From: Epithemia pelagica
Lineage: Eukaryota; Protista; Bacillariophyta
Assembly (NCBI GenBank): GCA_946965045.2
Contig: OX337242.1
Coordinates: forward strand, 2,232,001 to 2,296,000
Reading direction: 5' to 3'
Length of the DNA: 64,000 bases
Both the position numbers and the translations under genes were made by a program. This document shows, piece by piece, positions 33,539 through 44,420 of the stretch; the stretch's first letter is position 1; each line of letters opens with the position of its first letter. The notes beneath the pieces are model-generated. The model ran no database searches and was not told where the DNA came from. It saw only the letters and a list, made by a program, of their open reading frames with translations.

Positions 33539-34387
33539 ATGTCAATCGTACCATGCTTTTTACGACGATTTCATGTTGTGACCTTGCTACTCGTTCTCTC
33601 ATTCCCAGTCGATAGAGCCAATGGTTATCTTCCGGGCGTCGTCTTCTCGTCTCGACAAGAACTCGTGGCGCTTTCAGCTTGCAATCTACCAAGAAGAACG
33701 GTTTCTACCACCACCTACGACCAATGGCCTTGTGGTGGTCGAAGTACCGTGGTATTAAATCTCCAGACAAATGACGAGAACAGCGACGACCAGCCCTCAT
33801 CTTTGGAAGGAAAAGATTTGGCCAGAAAATTTTACGAGTTTCAAAAAGGACAAGAAGCGACACAAGAGCCGATAAAGAGCCAACCGACGGGCGACTCTAC
33901 TACGAGTGATGGAACAACAACGACCAATGCGAACGTACGACCAGGTCAACGCCAAGATGCATCGGATGTGCGTCCCATCAAGTTTACTGGTCAACAACGT
34001 TCCCTCTTTAGCGAACCCGAAACCAGAACATCTTCACGTCTCAGCCGCGAACAGGGAAGAAAATTCAATCTGGCCGGTACATTTGAACGAACGTTGCCAA
34101 TCCAAGCAGGTGTTGTAGCTCTCTCGCTCGCTTTTGTTCTGTATATTGGCTTTACGGGCGGCATCACTTCGGGCATTGGTGGAATCGATGAGTACATGGA
34201 CGACGATGAGGCCGATGACATCTGGGAACTCCAACGAAGAGATTCAATTATGCGTCAACTGGGAACGGAACAAGACGAAGAAGGCCTATCATACTATGGA
34301 GGAAGCAACAAGAATGGCTACCTGCAGAATCCAGGAAGGGATGATCAATCGGCAGAGCGTAGTAGCTCCGGCAGTGTTTGGCTTTGA
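33539..34387 (+). CDS. Hypothetical protein with signal peptide and one TM helix
   Basis: MSIVPCFLRRFHVVTLLLVLSFPVDRANG signal, a Ser/Thr/Arg-rich transit-like stretch, and TM IQAGVVALSLAFVLYIGFTGG. Confidence 0.65.
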   Translation: MSIVPCFLRRFHVVTLLLVLSFPVDRANGYLPGVVFSSRQELVALSACNLPRRTVSTTTYDQWPCGGRSTVVLNLQTNDENSDDQPSSLEGKDLARKFYEFQKGQEATQEPIKSQPTGDSTTSDGTTTTNANVRPGQRQDASDVRPIKFTGQQRSLFSEPETRTSSRLSREQGRKFNLAGTFERTLPIQAGVVALSLAFVLYIGFTGGITSGIGGIDEYMDDDEADDIWELQRRDSIMRQLGTEQDEEGLSYYGGSNKNGYLQNPGRDDQSAERSSSGSVWL

Positions 34388-35193
34388 CGAGTGAGTCACT
34401 CCTGATAAGACCCCTCTACTAGATCAAACACTGTCTTCCTTTTACTTTATCTGGTGAGTCTATTTGGTGTCGAGAGTTGACAGAGCCGTTCTGGTGAGAT
34501 CAAAAACTATATTTGTCATTGTCGGCAAAATGAATAATCGTAGCGCGGATTGAACGCGCGACCTTTTCGGTGTAAACGAAACGTGATAACCACTACACCA
34601 TACGATCCTGCCACAATCGAGAATTATACCGTTTAAAAATAAAAATCTGATCTCTTGACTCATCCTTTCGAGAAGTGTACAAAGTACAGTACAATACAAC
34701 TCCACCCAGCATACAATAATGCTGAGCGCGCATCATCATGCAGCTATTGTAACGCGCATGCAGCAAATACAAGCGAACAGCTGTCCGTCTTCGATATTTC
34801 GCAGCGTTTAATTTGCCTCTATGGAATGAGACTCCTGACCATTTTAAACGTAATTGTAGAGAATTTTAATATGAGACCGCTTGGGAGGTAGACTCTCGTC
34901 GACGCAATGCGCGTGTGTCGTCACATCGTGTCGCGTGGACACACCGAATGGAATCGGCAGCAAACCCCAAACTCAAACACTCGTCCACAAATTCAATCTT
35001 CTATCTACTCCTAATACTAATAGGCTCAAGCATAAAAAGATATTGTGGAGATTGGAGTGTACTCTTCTAAAAAAGGGCAAGCCACCTACCTACTTAGAAT
35101 CCAAAAGCCTTTGATAAGCCAACAAGTGTTCCAGATTGAGAGAGAGTGTAATTTTTATGTTTGAAAAGTTTGAAAGCAACGGGGGTCGTCACC

Positions 35194-38100
35194 ATGAACA
35201 TCAGTGAGTATGATTCTTCCTCTTCATCGCCTGGGACGCCTACCACGGCAGACGACAAACTCGAGCCAAATAGCACCGTCTCAGCCATTCCAACAAGTAA
35301 TAGCAGTATTAAACCACGGTGTCGAAAGGATTCCATCCCGCTTCGGAAACGGCACTGTCCCATGGAGCAAATCTCTTCGCGAAACGGCCAGCTCGATAGT
35401 TTTGGCATCATGATCACGGGAACCTACCTTGGATCTATCCAGGAAGAAGGCTCGGAATCGAAACCTCCACCGAAGACAAGAGATACAAGCTCCACACCCA
35501 TTTATTGTCAGTTCTGCGTTGACTCTGAAGAGCCTCCGCGTTTGGAGGTTTATTGTCAGTTCTGCGTTGACTCTGAAGAGCCTCCGCGTTTTGAGGACAA
35601 GAAACCGCAAGATGAACAGGCTGTCTTTGCAGCTACTACACCGGATTCGACTATTGCTGGTCGGGGCTCCTTGTATTGTGGCGTTTGTGCGGATACACCC
35701 AATGCGACACTGTCCGCCCCACCAATCATTTACACGGCAACGTCCTTTTCCTGCAAAGGCCAGAAAAACTGGCAAGAATTGGCCAGCAGTGTACTGGAAC
35801 CCGTTCAGGGCGTCGCACGAGTCCAATACAACAGTCCGCAAAAGCTGCTCACTGTCACTCATCAAGCAAGTCTCGTTACGGCTCAAAAACTTTTGCAATT
35901 GTTGAACCAAAATACCTTTGGAGCCAGGATTCAAAGCTCAGTGCCTGCTCCAGTTCCGACAACGAAAGGTGCTCCGCGAAAGTCTGTTGCCTTTTCTCCA
36001 GAGGACACATTTATTCACCAAAAAGAGGAACAACTTGTTCCTGCTTCCTCGGATGGGTATACAAGAAAGCCAATAGTCGGCGACGAATTTGTCGAAAGTA
36101 TCTTTGTGTCGGACGATATCTGTAGTGAATCCGGTTGTTCCTTGATTCGGTCTTCCCTGGAACCCATTCGAGCCATCAGTCGCATCCAGTTCCAGCTTCC
36201 CTCCAAGCAACTGATTGTGAAACATTCGCCATTACACATTTCGGCTCAAGAAATTATGATTCTATTGAGTCACGATGGTTTTGATTGTTCCGTTGAAACC
36301 GATGGAGGCTCGTCTCATTCCTCAGGAGGGGAGGAACAATGCGATCCATTGGCAACGATCCTTCTTGTGGAAAGTGAGTTTCGTTGTCCCGATATTTGTT
36401 GCCAAGTCGAATTTGACATTGTTGAGACGCTCCTTTGGAATAGTATAAAGGGAGTCAAGCGGGTTGGTTTCAACCTCGCAACCAAACAGATTACCGTGGA
36501 CCACGTACCCGCGCTTGTGTCGGCGAACGGTATTCTAAGAGTGTTGATGGAAGGTGGCCTTGAAGCGCATATTGAAAAAGACGGAGACAAAACGAACATA
36601 ACAGCCTCCCCCATTATTCGAACTGTGTTGATCTGTGGCGGCATTTGTTGTGAAGCGGACTGCTGGGCCATTCGTCAACGCATTGGAACGGTGGAGGGAG
36701 TCAAACGTGTACACTTTAATGTGCCTGCGAAGCGAGTCATTTTGTTTCATTCTCCCTCGAGAGTTTCAGCGAAGGATATTGTGATTTTGCTGAACGAGGA
36801 CAAGTTTGATGCCACCATCATGGATCCTTCCACAGACTCACCCGTAACAACAAACTTGTCGGAAGATCCGATGCATTCTACGATGATTCGGCGGAGCACC
36901 TTCAAGTGCCAAGGAGTTTGTTGCGAAGCGGAGAAGGTTTTAGTTGAGGCCTTACTAGGACGAATGGATGGAGTCCGAAATATCACGTTGAATGGTGAAA
37001 CGAAAAACGTTGTTGTAGAACACGTACCTTCCATTATTTCAGAACAAGCCATACTCCGGCTTTTGAATGAGGATGGTTTTCAAGCAACGCTCAGAACTCG
37101 ACCATCTTTGGGTTCACAAAAGGAATCTTCAAGAAGAATTTCCCAACGTCGTTCATCAGCAAGATCATCAAGGTTATTGACCATGGATGACATCAAGCTG
37201 ATTGAATCGAAATTGAGCGAGTCGGAAACGGAAGTTCGGTCTATCTTGCATGTGGCACGAATATGCTGTCCAGCGGAAATTCCTGCCATTAAATCCATTG
37301 TTGAACCAATGCAAGGGGTTTCCAAGGTCTGGGTAATCGTAACATCAAAGTTGGTCTATGTTCAACACGAACCATCGAGGGTATCGGCGGAGACTATCCG
37401 CAATACTCTGAATGGGCAGAGTTTTGGTGCCAAAATCAAAGTGGATGGGGCAAAAGTAGCAGCGACGGCAGCTTCCAACAAAACCATGTTCTGTACATCG
37501 CGCTTTGTGATCAAATCTTGGGAAGTCTCTGACTACGAATTCGAGGGCGCAATCAACAGTGACTTTGATGAAACGCAAGTTCAATCAATCGCAGTGGACC
37601 GTATTACGGGAACGCTCGCCGTTGTTCATAATCCATGCACGACTTCCGCCCACCTAATCAAGCAAACGTTATGCCAGAATCCCAGAACGAGCGCAGAACT
37701 CATTGTCGACGGAGAAAATTCCTTGCACATTGACTACGAGGCTCTTGCTGCGTTGAAAGAGGACGAGACTAAGTCAGAACAAGACGACCATAGATTCCCA
37801 AGACCAACGGTCATTTTGGCAGTTTTGTTGTGGATTGTGTCCATGTTGTCGTTGATTGGAGAAGATTGGGAGTTTCTGAAGTATGTTGGCCTTGGGTCTG
37901 TCGCTTTTGGCATTCCTCCAATTGCCATCAAAGCATACCACCAGCTTCGACGACTGAGGTTTGACGCAAACTCTTTGATGTTTCTTGCTTCCCTCGGAGC
38001 TTTGGCTCTAGGAGAGTTCACGGAAGCTGCAGCTGTTGTGTCACTCTTTGCGTTGTCGGAATGGTTGGAGGTCCGTGCAACAACCCGTGCTCGGCAAGCT

Positions 38101-39879
38101 CTATCGGCAATTGTCGACCTAAAGCCGGAAGAGGCCAACTTGGTTCATCACAAAACCAAGGAAGTCCTTCAAGTTCCCGCATCTGCTGTTCCGTTGGGCG
38201 CATTAGTTGTGGTGAAAACAGGTGATAAGATTCCTTGTGACGGAGTTGTGGTGGAAGGCCATTCTACGTTGGATGAATCCTCCTTGACGGGAGAATCACG
38301 ACCCATCAGCAAAGGCGTGGGAGAACCGGTATCGGGAGGAACAGTGAATTCAGGTGTTGCCCAACTGATGGTGCGAACTACAACCTTGGCCGAGAACTCA
38401 GCGGTCGCAAGACTTATTCGTCTGGTCGAAGAAGCTCAAGCGAATCGTTCACAGACTGAGAAGATTGTGGATGAATTTGCCAGCATTTATACTCCACTGG
38501 TTTTTATTTCTGCAGTTATCATGTGTTCCATTCCTTGGGCATTCGGGAGCGATACGGGTCGTCATTGGACCGAAAATGGACTGGTATTGATCGTTGTCGC
38601 CTGTCCGTGTGCTCTCATCATATCCACACCCGTGGCATATGTTGCGGGTTTGGCTGCCACTGCGCAAAAGGGCGTTCTGATCAAAGGAGGTGCATTCTTG
38701 GAGGGACTCGGGAGAGTGAAAAAGGTATGCTTGGACAAAACGGGCACGATCACCAATGGGGAGTTTGCCTTGTTGCATCTGGAAGTTGCATCTCTTGAGT
38801 GTTCCCGCGAAGAAATCTTACAGTATCTCGCCTTGATGGAGGAGAGATCGTCCCATCCAGTGGCGAATGCGATCATGGTTCGGGCGCGCAATGAGAATGC
38901 TTTCATTCCCCCCTCTATGGTTTTAGAGAGCCATGTCCTGCTTGCCGGTGAGGGAGTGATGGGTGTGATCAGTGGGAAGGAGGTCTATGTTGGAAACGAA
39001 CGTCTTTTTGACCGTATTGACTTGTTGAAAGATCTTTCCGTAGAGATGAGGAATACTGTGGAATCTTGGAAACAGCTCGGTGGGACCATTGGGTTCATGA
39101 GCATTGAAGGTTATGGTATTGTCTGTGCATTTTGTGCAAGCGATGGGGTCCGAGACGAATCTCCTAAGGTGATTCACAACTTCAAGCAGCGTGGAATAGC
39201 AGTGACGATGCTGACTGGTGACAACGCATCGGCCGCCGTTACTGTTGGACGCATGGTGGGTCTAGCCCCTTCCGAGATCAAATCCAAACTCTTACCCGAA
39301 GAAAAGTTGGAGTATTTACAGTCCATCATGTCGGAACGGAAAAGTAGTAATACCAGACTCATAACACAAGTGATCAGGAATCGTGGCACAGTCTTGTTTT
39401 GTGGTGATGGTGTGAATGACGCTCCGGCCCTGGCGGCGGCGGATGTCGGGGTTGCCATGGGTGAAGGAGCCGCCTTGGCCATGGAAACGGCAGATGTCAC
39501 CTTGTTGGATTCTAACCTGGAAAAGCTGGAATACAGTGTGCAAATGGGGCGACGCGTGATTCGAAAGATTCATGAAAATATTGTGTTTAGTGTGGTGACC
39601 AAGGGCATTGTGTTGGGCTTTGCCGTTGCCGGTAAAACACATTTGTGGGCCGCTATTGCAACCGATGTCGGGGCGATGATTCTTGTGACTCTGAATGCCA
39701 TGATGTTGCTTGGAAGACAAGAGCAGAAAACCTCCATACCACTTCCGCATCCAGTTCCAACCACCATCGAAAAAGTGGAAGATGATGATAGGAGCGGAAT
39801 GATGCTAGTGTATGCTGGTTGTGACAAGAAACCGACCAGTGGTATCACGTTGGATTCCAAAAAGGACCTCACGATTTAA
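35194..39879 (+). CDS. P1B-2-type (Zn/Cd/Pb) heavy-metal ATPase with ~7 N-terminal HMA-like domains
   Basis: LTGES, VACPCALIISTP, DKTGT, SSHPVA, MLTGDN and GDGVNDAPALA; TM Lys (VVTKG) and TDVG; repeated ICC/VCCxxE HMA units. Confidence 0.95.
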   Translation: MNISEYDSSSSSPGTPTTADDKLEPNSTVSAIPTSNSSIKPRCRKDSIPLRKRHCPMEQISSRNGQLDSFGIMITGTYLGSIQEEGSESKPPPKTRDTSSTPIYCQFCVDSEEPPRLEVYCQFCVDSEEPPRFEDKKPQDEQAVFAATTPDSTIAGRGSLYCGVCADTPNATLSAPPIIYTATSFSCKGQKNWQELASSVLEPVQGVARVQYNSPQKLLTVTHQASLVTAQKLLQLLNQNTFGARIQSSVPAPVPTTKGAPRKSVAFSPEDTFIHQKEEQLVPASSDGYTRKPIVGDEFVESIFVSDDICSESGCSLIRSSLEPIRAISRIQFQLPSKQLIVKHSPLHISAQEIMILLSHDGFDCSVETDGGSSHSSGGEEQCDPLATILLVESEFRCPDICCQVEFDIVETLLWNSIKGVKRVGFNLATKQITVDHVPALVSANGILRVLMEGGLEAHIEKDGDKTNITASPIIRTVLICGGICCEADCWAIRQRIGTVEGVKRVHFNVPAKRVILFHSPSRVSAKDIVILLNEDKFDATIMDPSTDSPVTTNLSEDPMHSTMIRRSTFKCQGVCCEAEKVLVEALLGRMDGVRNITLNGETKNVVVEHVPSIISEQAILRLLNEDGFQATLRTRPSLGSQKESSRRISQRRSSARSSRLLTMDDIKLIESKLSESETEVRSILHVARICCPAEIPAIKSIVEPMQGVSKVWVIVTSKLVYVQHEPSRVSAETIRNTLNGQSFGAKIKVDGAKVAATAASNKTMFCTSRFVIKSWEVSDYEFEGAINSDFDETQVQSIAVDRITGTLAVVHNPCTTSAHLIKQTLCQNPRTSAELIVDGENSLHIDYEALAALKEDETKSEQDDHRFPRPTVILAVLLWIVSMLSLIGEDWEFLKYVGLGSVAFGIPPIAIKAYHQLRRLRFDANSLMFLASLGALALGEFTEAAAVVSLFALSEWLEVRATTRARQALSAIVDLKPEEANLVHHKTKEVLQVPASAVPLGALVVVKTGDKIPCDGVVVEGHSTLDESSLTGESRPISKGVGEPVSGGTVNSGVAQLMVRTTTLAENSAVARLIRLVEEAQANRSQTEKIVDEFASIYTPLVFISAVIMCSIPWAFGSDTGRHWTENGLVLIVVACPCALIISTPVAYVAGLAATAQKGVLIKGGAFLEGLGRVKKVCLDKTGTITNGEFALLHLEVASLECSREEILQYLALMEERSSHPVANAIMVRARNENAFIPPSMVLESHVLLAGEGVMGVISGKEVYVGNERLFDRIDLLKDLSVEMRNTVESWKQLGGTIGFMSIEGYGIVCAFCASDGVRDESPKVIHNFKQRGIAVTMLTGDNASAAVTVGRMVGLAPSEIKSKLLPEEKLEYLQSIMSERKSSNTRLITQVIRNRGTVLFCGDGVNDAPALAAADVGVAMGEGAALAMETADVTLLDSNLEKLEYSVQMGRRVIRKIHENIVFSVVTKGIVLGFAVAGKTHLWAAIATDVGAMILVTLNAMMLLGRQEQKTSIPLPHPVPTTIEKVEDDDRSGMMLVYAGCDKKPTSGITLDSKKDLTI
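35501..35596 (+). repeat. 48-bp tandem duplication (2 copies) encoding YCQFCVDSEEPPR
   Basis: TTTATTGTCAGTTCTGCGTTGACTCTGAAGAGCCTCCGCGTTT at 35501 and 35549. Confidence 0.95.
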
Positions 39880-40426
39880 TTTTGAGACATGGAGTCATGG
39901 TATCCATAAGCTTGTGGCTTTTTTATTCGTGCTTCGTGGTTCTTTGCATCTCTTCTTTCCAACAACTTGAAGACACTATAAACCACTACTCGTAGTCATT
40001 GAGCGAAACTATGACTTTGGCACCAAGCCGGCGTTGGGTCACCTGAAGCTGCATAATCGCCGTTGCGCCCAAGAGTTTCTCAACTGGTGGTCTCAAGGAG
40101 ACTTGAACCTTTTACCTTTGTCCAGTCGAATCGCATCGTGCGAACGAGCGCCAAGGATTGATGATGTAGTTGACCGTAGCATGCACGTTTCGTGTGTGAC
40201 AGTGCTTGGGGTAGCTAGAGGAGAGAAACCAGCACAACAACTTGGTTCCGTGCAACTCCTCCCATACAACTATGCATGTCGGTCCTATTAAGACACATTA
40301 GAATGAGCATGTGCGCTGCCCTACAAGTGAACATGACAGCGTTAGCGACAATGAAAAGTCAAGAGGGTCTTTGTCATCGTCATCGGCTTTTGCAACAGGC
40401 TTTTTCTGGTAATAATAGAGCCTCAC

Positions 40427-40539
40427 CCACCCCCAGCGGGGGTGAGTTGTCGGGTCGCATGTCTTTTTATGCTTTTGTTGTCTATAGGAATGAATGCACT
40501 CAATCACTAATCCTCATGACTCAGCCCCGCTGGGGGTAG
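40427..40539. mobile_element. 113-bp MITE-like element with 21-bp terminal inverted repeats
   Basis: CCACCCCCAGCGGGGGTGAGT versus the reverse complement of the right end, CTACCCCCAGCGGGGCTGAGT (19/21). A related copy lies at 43085-43203. No clean TSD. Confidence 0.55.
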
Positions 40540-40769
40540 ATCCTCACCATCGCCCGAAAACAGGCTCTTCCGGATCATGAGCAATACGCTCCAGCGCGTT
40601 CAGTCAGATATGATCGCGCTGAGAAGTAGAAGACATAAACCCAGAAAATAAGGTGTGGGACTCTATTCCCTATATAGACGTGACGAGTGACGACCACGCT
40701 GGGGAGAGCTCAAGAATGCATCCGGAAGGTCCAATCCCTGTATACAGTGAATCTCAACGGTGCGAACCC

Positions 40770-41010
40770 AATGAAAGTCGTGATTTCCAGATCTCCATAC
40801 ATCATGCTCTGCTGTGAGCACCATGGTAAAGTCGTGATTACCAGAGGATCCCTTTGCTGGAGATTGGAGATGCATGGCGAAGGTCGTAAAAGTCGTGATT
40901 AGCAACGGCCTCGGAGATCCATAGAGTATCGCGTCCCATCGTGCTCTGCTGTTACGGTCCTGGAAAAGTCGTGATTACCAGATGCTTCAAAGATCCCTTT
41001 GCTGAAGGTC
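40770..41010 (+). repeat. Degenerate tandem repeat with four exact AAAGTCGTGATT cores
   Basis: Cores at 40774, 40828, 40889 and 40965. Segments 40800-40865 and 40937-41009 are also similar to each other (~137-bp higher-order unit). Confidence 0.85.
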
Positions 41011-41939
41011 ACCCTCTCGGACGGCTTCTCTGCTGGTGTGTTGTCATAATTTCAGCGTGGTCTAAAGCTGAAAGTGAAAGAAACCTGATCCGAATCAAGC
41101 ATGAGAGTCTGCAACCTCAAGGCGATCCTCTTCTACTTGGGTTTCAACAACCTGTGGACTGTCTCCCTGGATACTGCCAGTGGGTAACTTGCTCCAGCGA
41201 TTTCGATAAAGACAAGTGTGAAAATAACCTTCTTCATCCCGGTTGCTGCGAGAGGACGAGCAACCCAGTCAGCGGACCTGGTTGCCACAAGAATCACAGT
41301 CTTCCTTACTCCTGCAACGACGAGGCCAATAATCGGCATCAATGCAAGGCGGCCCGCAAGCATCGTTGCTGTGAGTACGTAAAAGAGGAAGAAATGGTGA
41401 GGGTTGCTCCATCGTTGGAAGCCTCCGAATCGTACCTTTCCACTCCTTCCGTGGCTCATGTCAGGGTTTGCAAATTGACGCTTGAGACTGTCACGGCGCT
41501 TCAAGCTCTAGCCTACGATGTTCTGGAGTACCTCTATGAATTCTTCAAAGAATCTGGGCAAGCGGATTCCGCCATTTTCAAAGAAAGGGTTACCAAGGCC
41601 GAAAACCACATGCGAATTGCAGGAGAGTTTCTCTTGGGGGCGGCCAACCAGACGGTTGATATCATGTTGGATATGACATACACGCCGGTGGACAAAGCGC
41701 TCATCAAGTCGAATTGGACGCATCAGTACAATTGGACTCTGAAGCAGGTGTACGACAACGCCACTGGCTCGATTGCCGATCTCAAAAATCTTGAAGGCAG
41801 CAGCAGCAACCTTGAGTTTACCTTTAAAAATATCCTTCGTACGGCCGCCCAGATCACGGCTGCGGTCGGCCCCAAGTTGGTCGCGGCGTCAAATGCGTAC
41901 TTGGCGTCCCATCCCGATTCCTGGGCGGAAGAGTTCTAA
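40941..41939 (+). CDS. Hypothetical protein with Cys-rich N-half and helical C-half; true start uncertain
   Basis: 332-codon open frame containing DCLPGYCQWVTC..KCE..GCCE..GCH..SC..QC..RCCE, then an amphipathic helical domain. No in-frame ATG precedes the Cys-rich part. Confidence 0.55.
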   Translation: MLCCYGPGKVVITRCFKDPFAEGHPLGRLLCWCVVIISAWSKAESERNLIRIKHESLQPQGDPLLLGFQQPVDCLPGYCQWVTCSSDFDKDKCENNLLHPGCCERTSNPVSGPGCHKNHSLPYSCNDEANNRHQCKAARKHRCCEYVKEEEMVRVAPSLEASESYLSTPSVAHVRVCKLTLETVTALQALAYDVLEYLYEFFKESGQADSAIFKERVTKAENHMRIAGEFLLGAANQTVDIMLDMTYTPVDKALIKSNWTHQYNWTLKQVYDNATGSIADLKNLEGSSSNLEFTFKNILRTAAQITAAVGPKLVAASNAYLASHPDSWAEEF

Positions 41940-43084
41940 AACCACATGGAGGATGTGTGGTACATGCATATGACTTAGTAACTCCATAAGCCTAACCCTG
42001 GTACATCGAACGCTTCTAGGTAGAGACCTCCACAACCCGGAAAACTCCGTTTCTCATACCCAAGAGATATACAACCGCTTCCTAGAAAACGTCGACCGCC
42101 CCTAGGAACGCTGACCATTTTCTCTCGTCCGTCTCGATTGTAGGATTGGTATTGGAGGGACGATCGCAGAGCCAGGATAATCATCCAGCAACACCAGCAC
42201 GATGTACCAAATCATATATGGTCACCCAATCTTCAAAAGGCAGTCAGCAGCAATCAACCTTTTTCGCCTTTATGGCATTTCGGACTCGAGCAGCAAGAGT
42301 GTTGTTGTTGGAACCCAACCCAGTCCAACACACACTTGGTTTCCTGTGTCGAACACGTCTCGCCATTTCCTGGAATTTCCATCACACTCAAACCTCCAGC
42401 CTCACAATGGCAAGACCATGTTCCGAGTAATTTCCGGCGAATGAGATGCGTCATCTCTTTGTGACTCTAACATACAGTCTTGAATCAACCGCATGGAATT
42501 GACTGGAGAATTACGAACGACCAAGGATAATGATTCTTCTGTTTCGATCAGAAATCCATTCGGATTGTTCTGTTGGAGTATCATTCGTTGGAATTCGAGC
42601 ATCCTCCTTCCAGTCCATACATGCACGAGAAACGCAGCGGAATCAGCCATTCCATTCCTGTGAGTAGCAAGCATTTCTTCTGCCATATTATTCTGCGGAA
42701 TCCGGAGAGAAGAGGACACTCGTCGAACGACACGTGTGCGTCTGGGATGGCAGAATCACTCTGTGCGGTGTAATTCGTAGACAGAGAGCCAACAGAAGAG
42801 TCTCCTTCGGCGGAAAGCATCTGCGCATGTCGAATGTCGATACCGAGGGCGGCAGGGCTCAGATTGGAAAGTTCTTCTTGCAAATAATGAGAAAAGATTC
42901 TCATGAAAGAGGCTTATCATCATCATGCAATAGGCCTAACGATGATCTTCGCCGAGACAAATGAGAAAAGCGAACATTTCGAGTCAAGAAGCTTCGGACT
43001 TTCGATACAGAAGACTCTATGAGACATACAGAAGATCGAGCAATTCGCTTCGGTTCGAGTCGAAGCTTCGGACTTTGGATAGAA

Positions 43085-43203
43085 CATCCCCCTAGCGGGG
43101 GGGAGATGTCTGGTCGCTCATGAATCGTGTATTTTGCACAATTCGTATTCGCCAGAATACACGACACAAGTGCGACTACCTACTCACCCCTGCTTGGGGG
43201 TAG
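43085..43203. mobile_element. Diverged second copy of the ~110-bp TIR element
   Basis: Left CCCCCTAGCGGGGGGGAGATGTCTGGTCGC resembles CCCCCAGCGGGGGTGAGTTGTCGGGTCGC; right ACTCACCCCTGCTTGGGGGTAG resembles ACTCAGCCCCGCTGGGGGTAG. Confidence 0.45.
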
Positions 43204-44420
43204 GATAGAACAGAAAAATGAAGCAGCTTCGGGAAATCAAGGCGAGTGCACAGACAGACGGTCAGCGATGATTGTGGTGATTAGTCATTAGTCATGAGTA
43301 TTTAGTCCCGCACCGCACATGCTTTCCTTTTTTGCCACCAACCAATCGGGGTGCTTCGCGTCCAAAATGGGTTCCGCTTTTTTTGTCTCACACGCACTTC
43401 CATCGTCGCCGGTGACATCCTCAATGACGTCAAGTCTTTTCGACAGCCAGATGGCACCGCTTCCAACCCAGCAGGTGTTCACATTCCTGAATGCCGAAGT
43501 GCAGAGAATCTTTCCTCAAAACAATCCTCCTCGGTGTACGAATCCACTATAATGAGACATGAAATACCTTTTCCATTACCGAACGCTGATATTTATGGTC
43601 TACAGCGTTTAGTGTACGGGAGAAAGACACACTCCAGATTCCGCGTCATCGGATCAGGAGATGCCGACGTCATGAACGTTCAACCGTGCTTCATCGAACG
43701 ACACAGATTTTTGCGAAGCTGCTTGACAGATCCACGTCACGACTTATAGGCCGAAATTCCGAACCATCTGCGGCACGTGGACTCCCAACTTCATGGAGCA
43801 AGTACGGAAGAACGATGGAAGTTGGGACGTGACAGAAGGGTGGACATAGTTACGACATAAGAAAGACACAAAAGAATAATGGGCAATAGGATCTTTCATG
43901 TCGCAGCAAGCTGAAGATGGCAGTTGGAGCATTTTCTGCCAAAAGCGAACGCAGAACAAGAACCCTTCGGAATGCTGGAACTGCAACGTTGGTGGGTGGT
44001 GGATTTAACACACCACATTGTTATCGCATGTCTCGAGTCTCGACACCAAAATCAACGCGGAAAAAAGAAAAAAGCATTCGCGACAAACCAAAACAACGTG
44101 CCAAGCCCAGAGACCAACGAGAGACGACCACCGACCACCATTCTTCTCTCTTCTTGCTTTTCTTCGAGAAGAGGAAGTTTTGGCCCCAATCACACTCTCG
44201 AAAAAAAACTCTTTTGGGATTGTGTGTCACGTTTAGCTCTATTCTAGACGATGGCTTTGGATCCTTCTACTTGAGACCAACTACCTGCCTTCTTCCAGTG
44301 TCGAAACAAGAAAACAGTCTTCTTGCGAGCGAAAGAATCTATATTCTCTGTATTCGTTGTCATCACCTTCCATCGATCTATCAATAGATATACCAAAACG
44401 ACATTTCTCAAGATCGCATC

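Noticed and set aside
40770-41010. CRISPR-like repeat-spacer array
   Set aside because: The repeat is only 12 bp, the spacers resemble each other and vary from 42 to 64 bp, there are no cas genes, and the context is eukaryotic.
43288-43986. Minus-strand ORF fragments upstream of ATPase 2
   Set aside because: Multiple stops and no recognisable family; not supportable as a gene or pseudogene.
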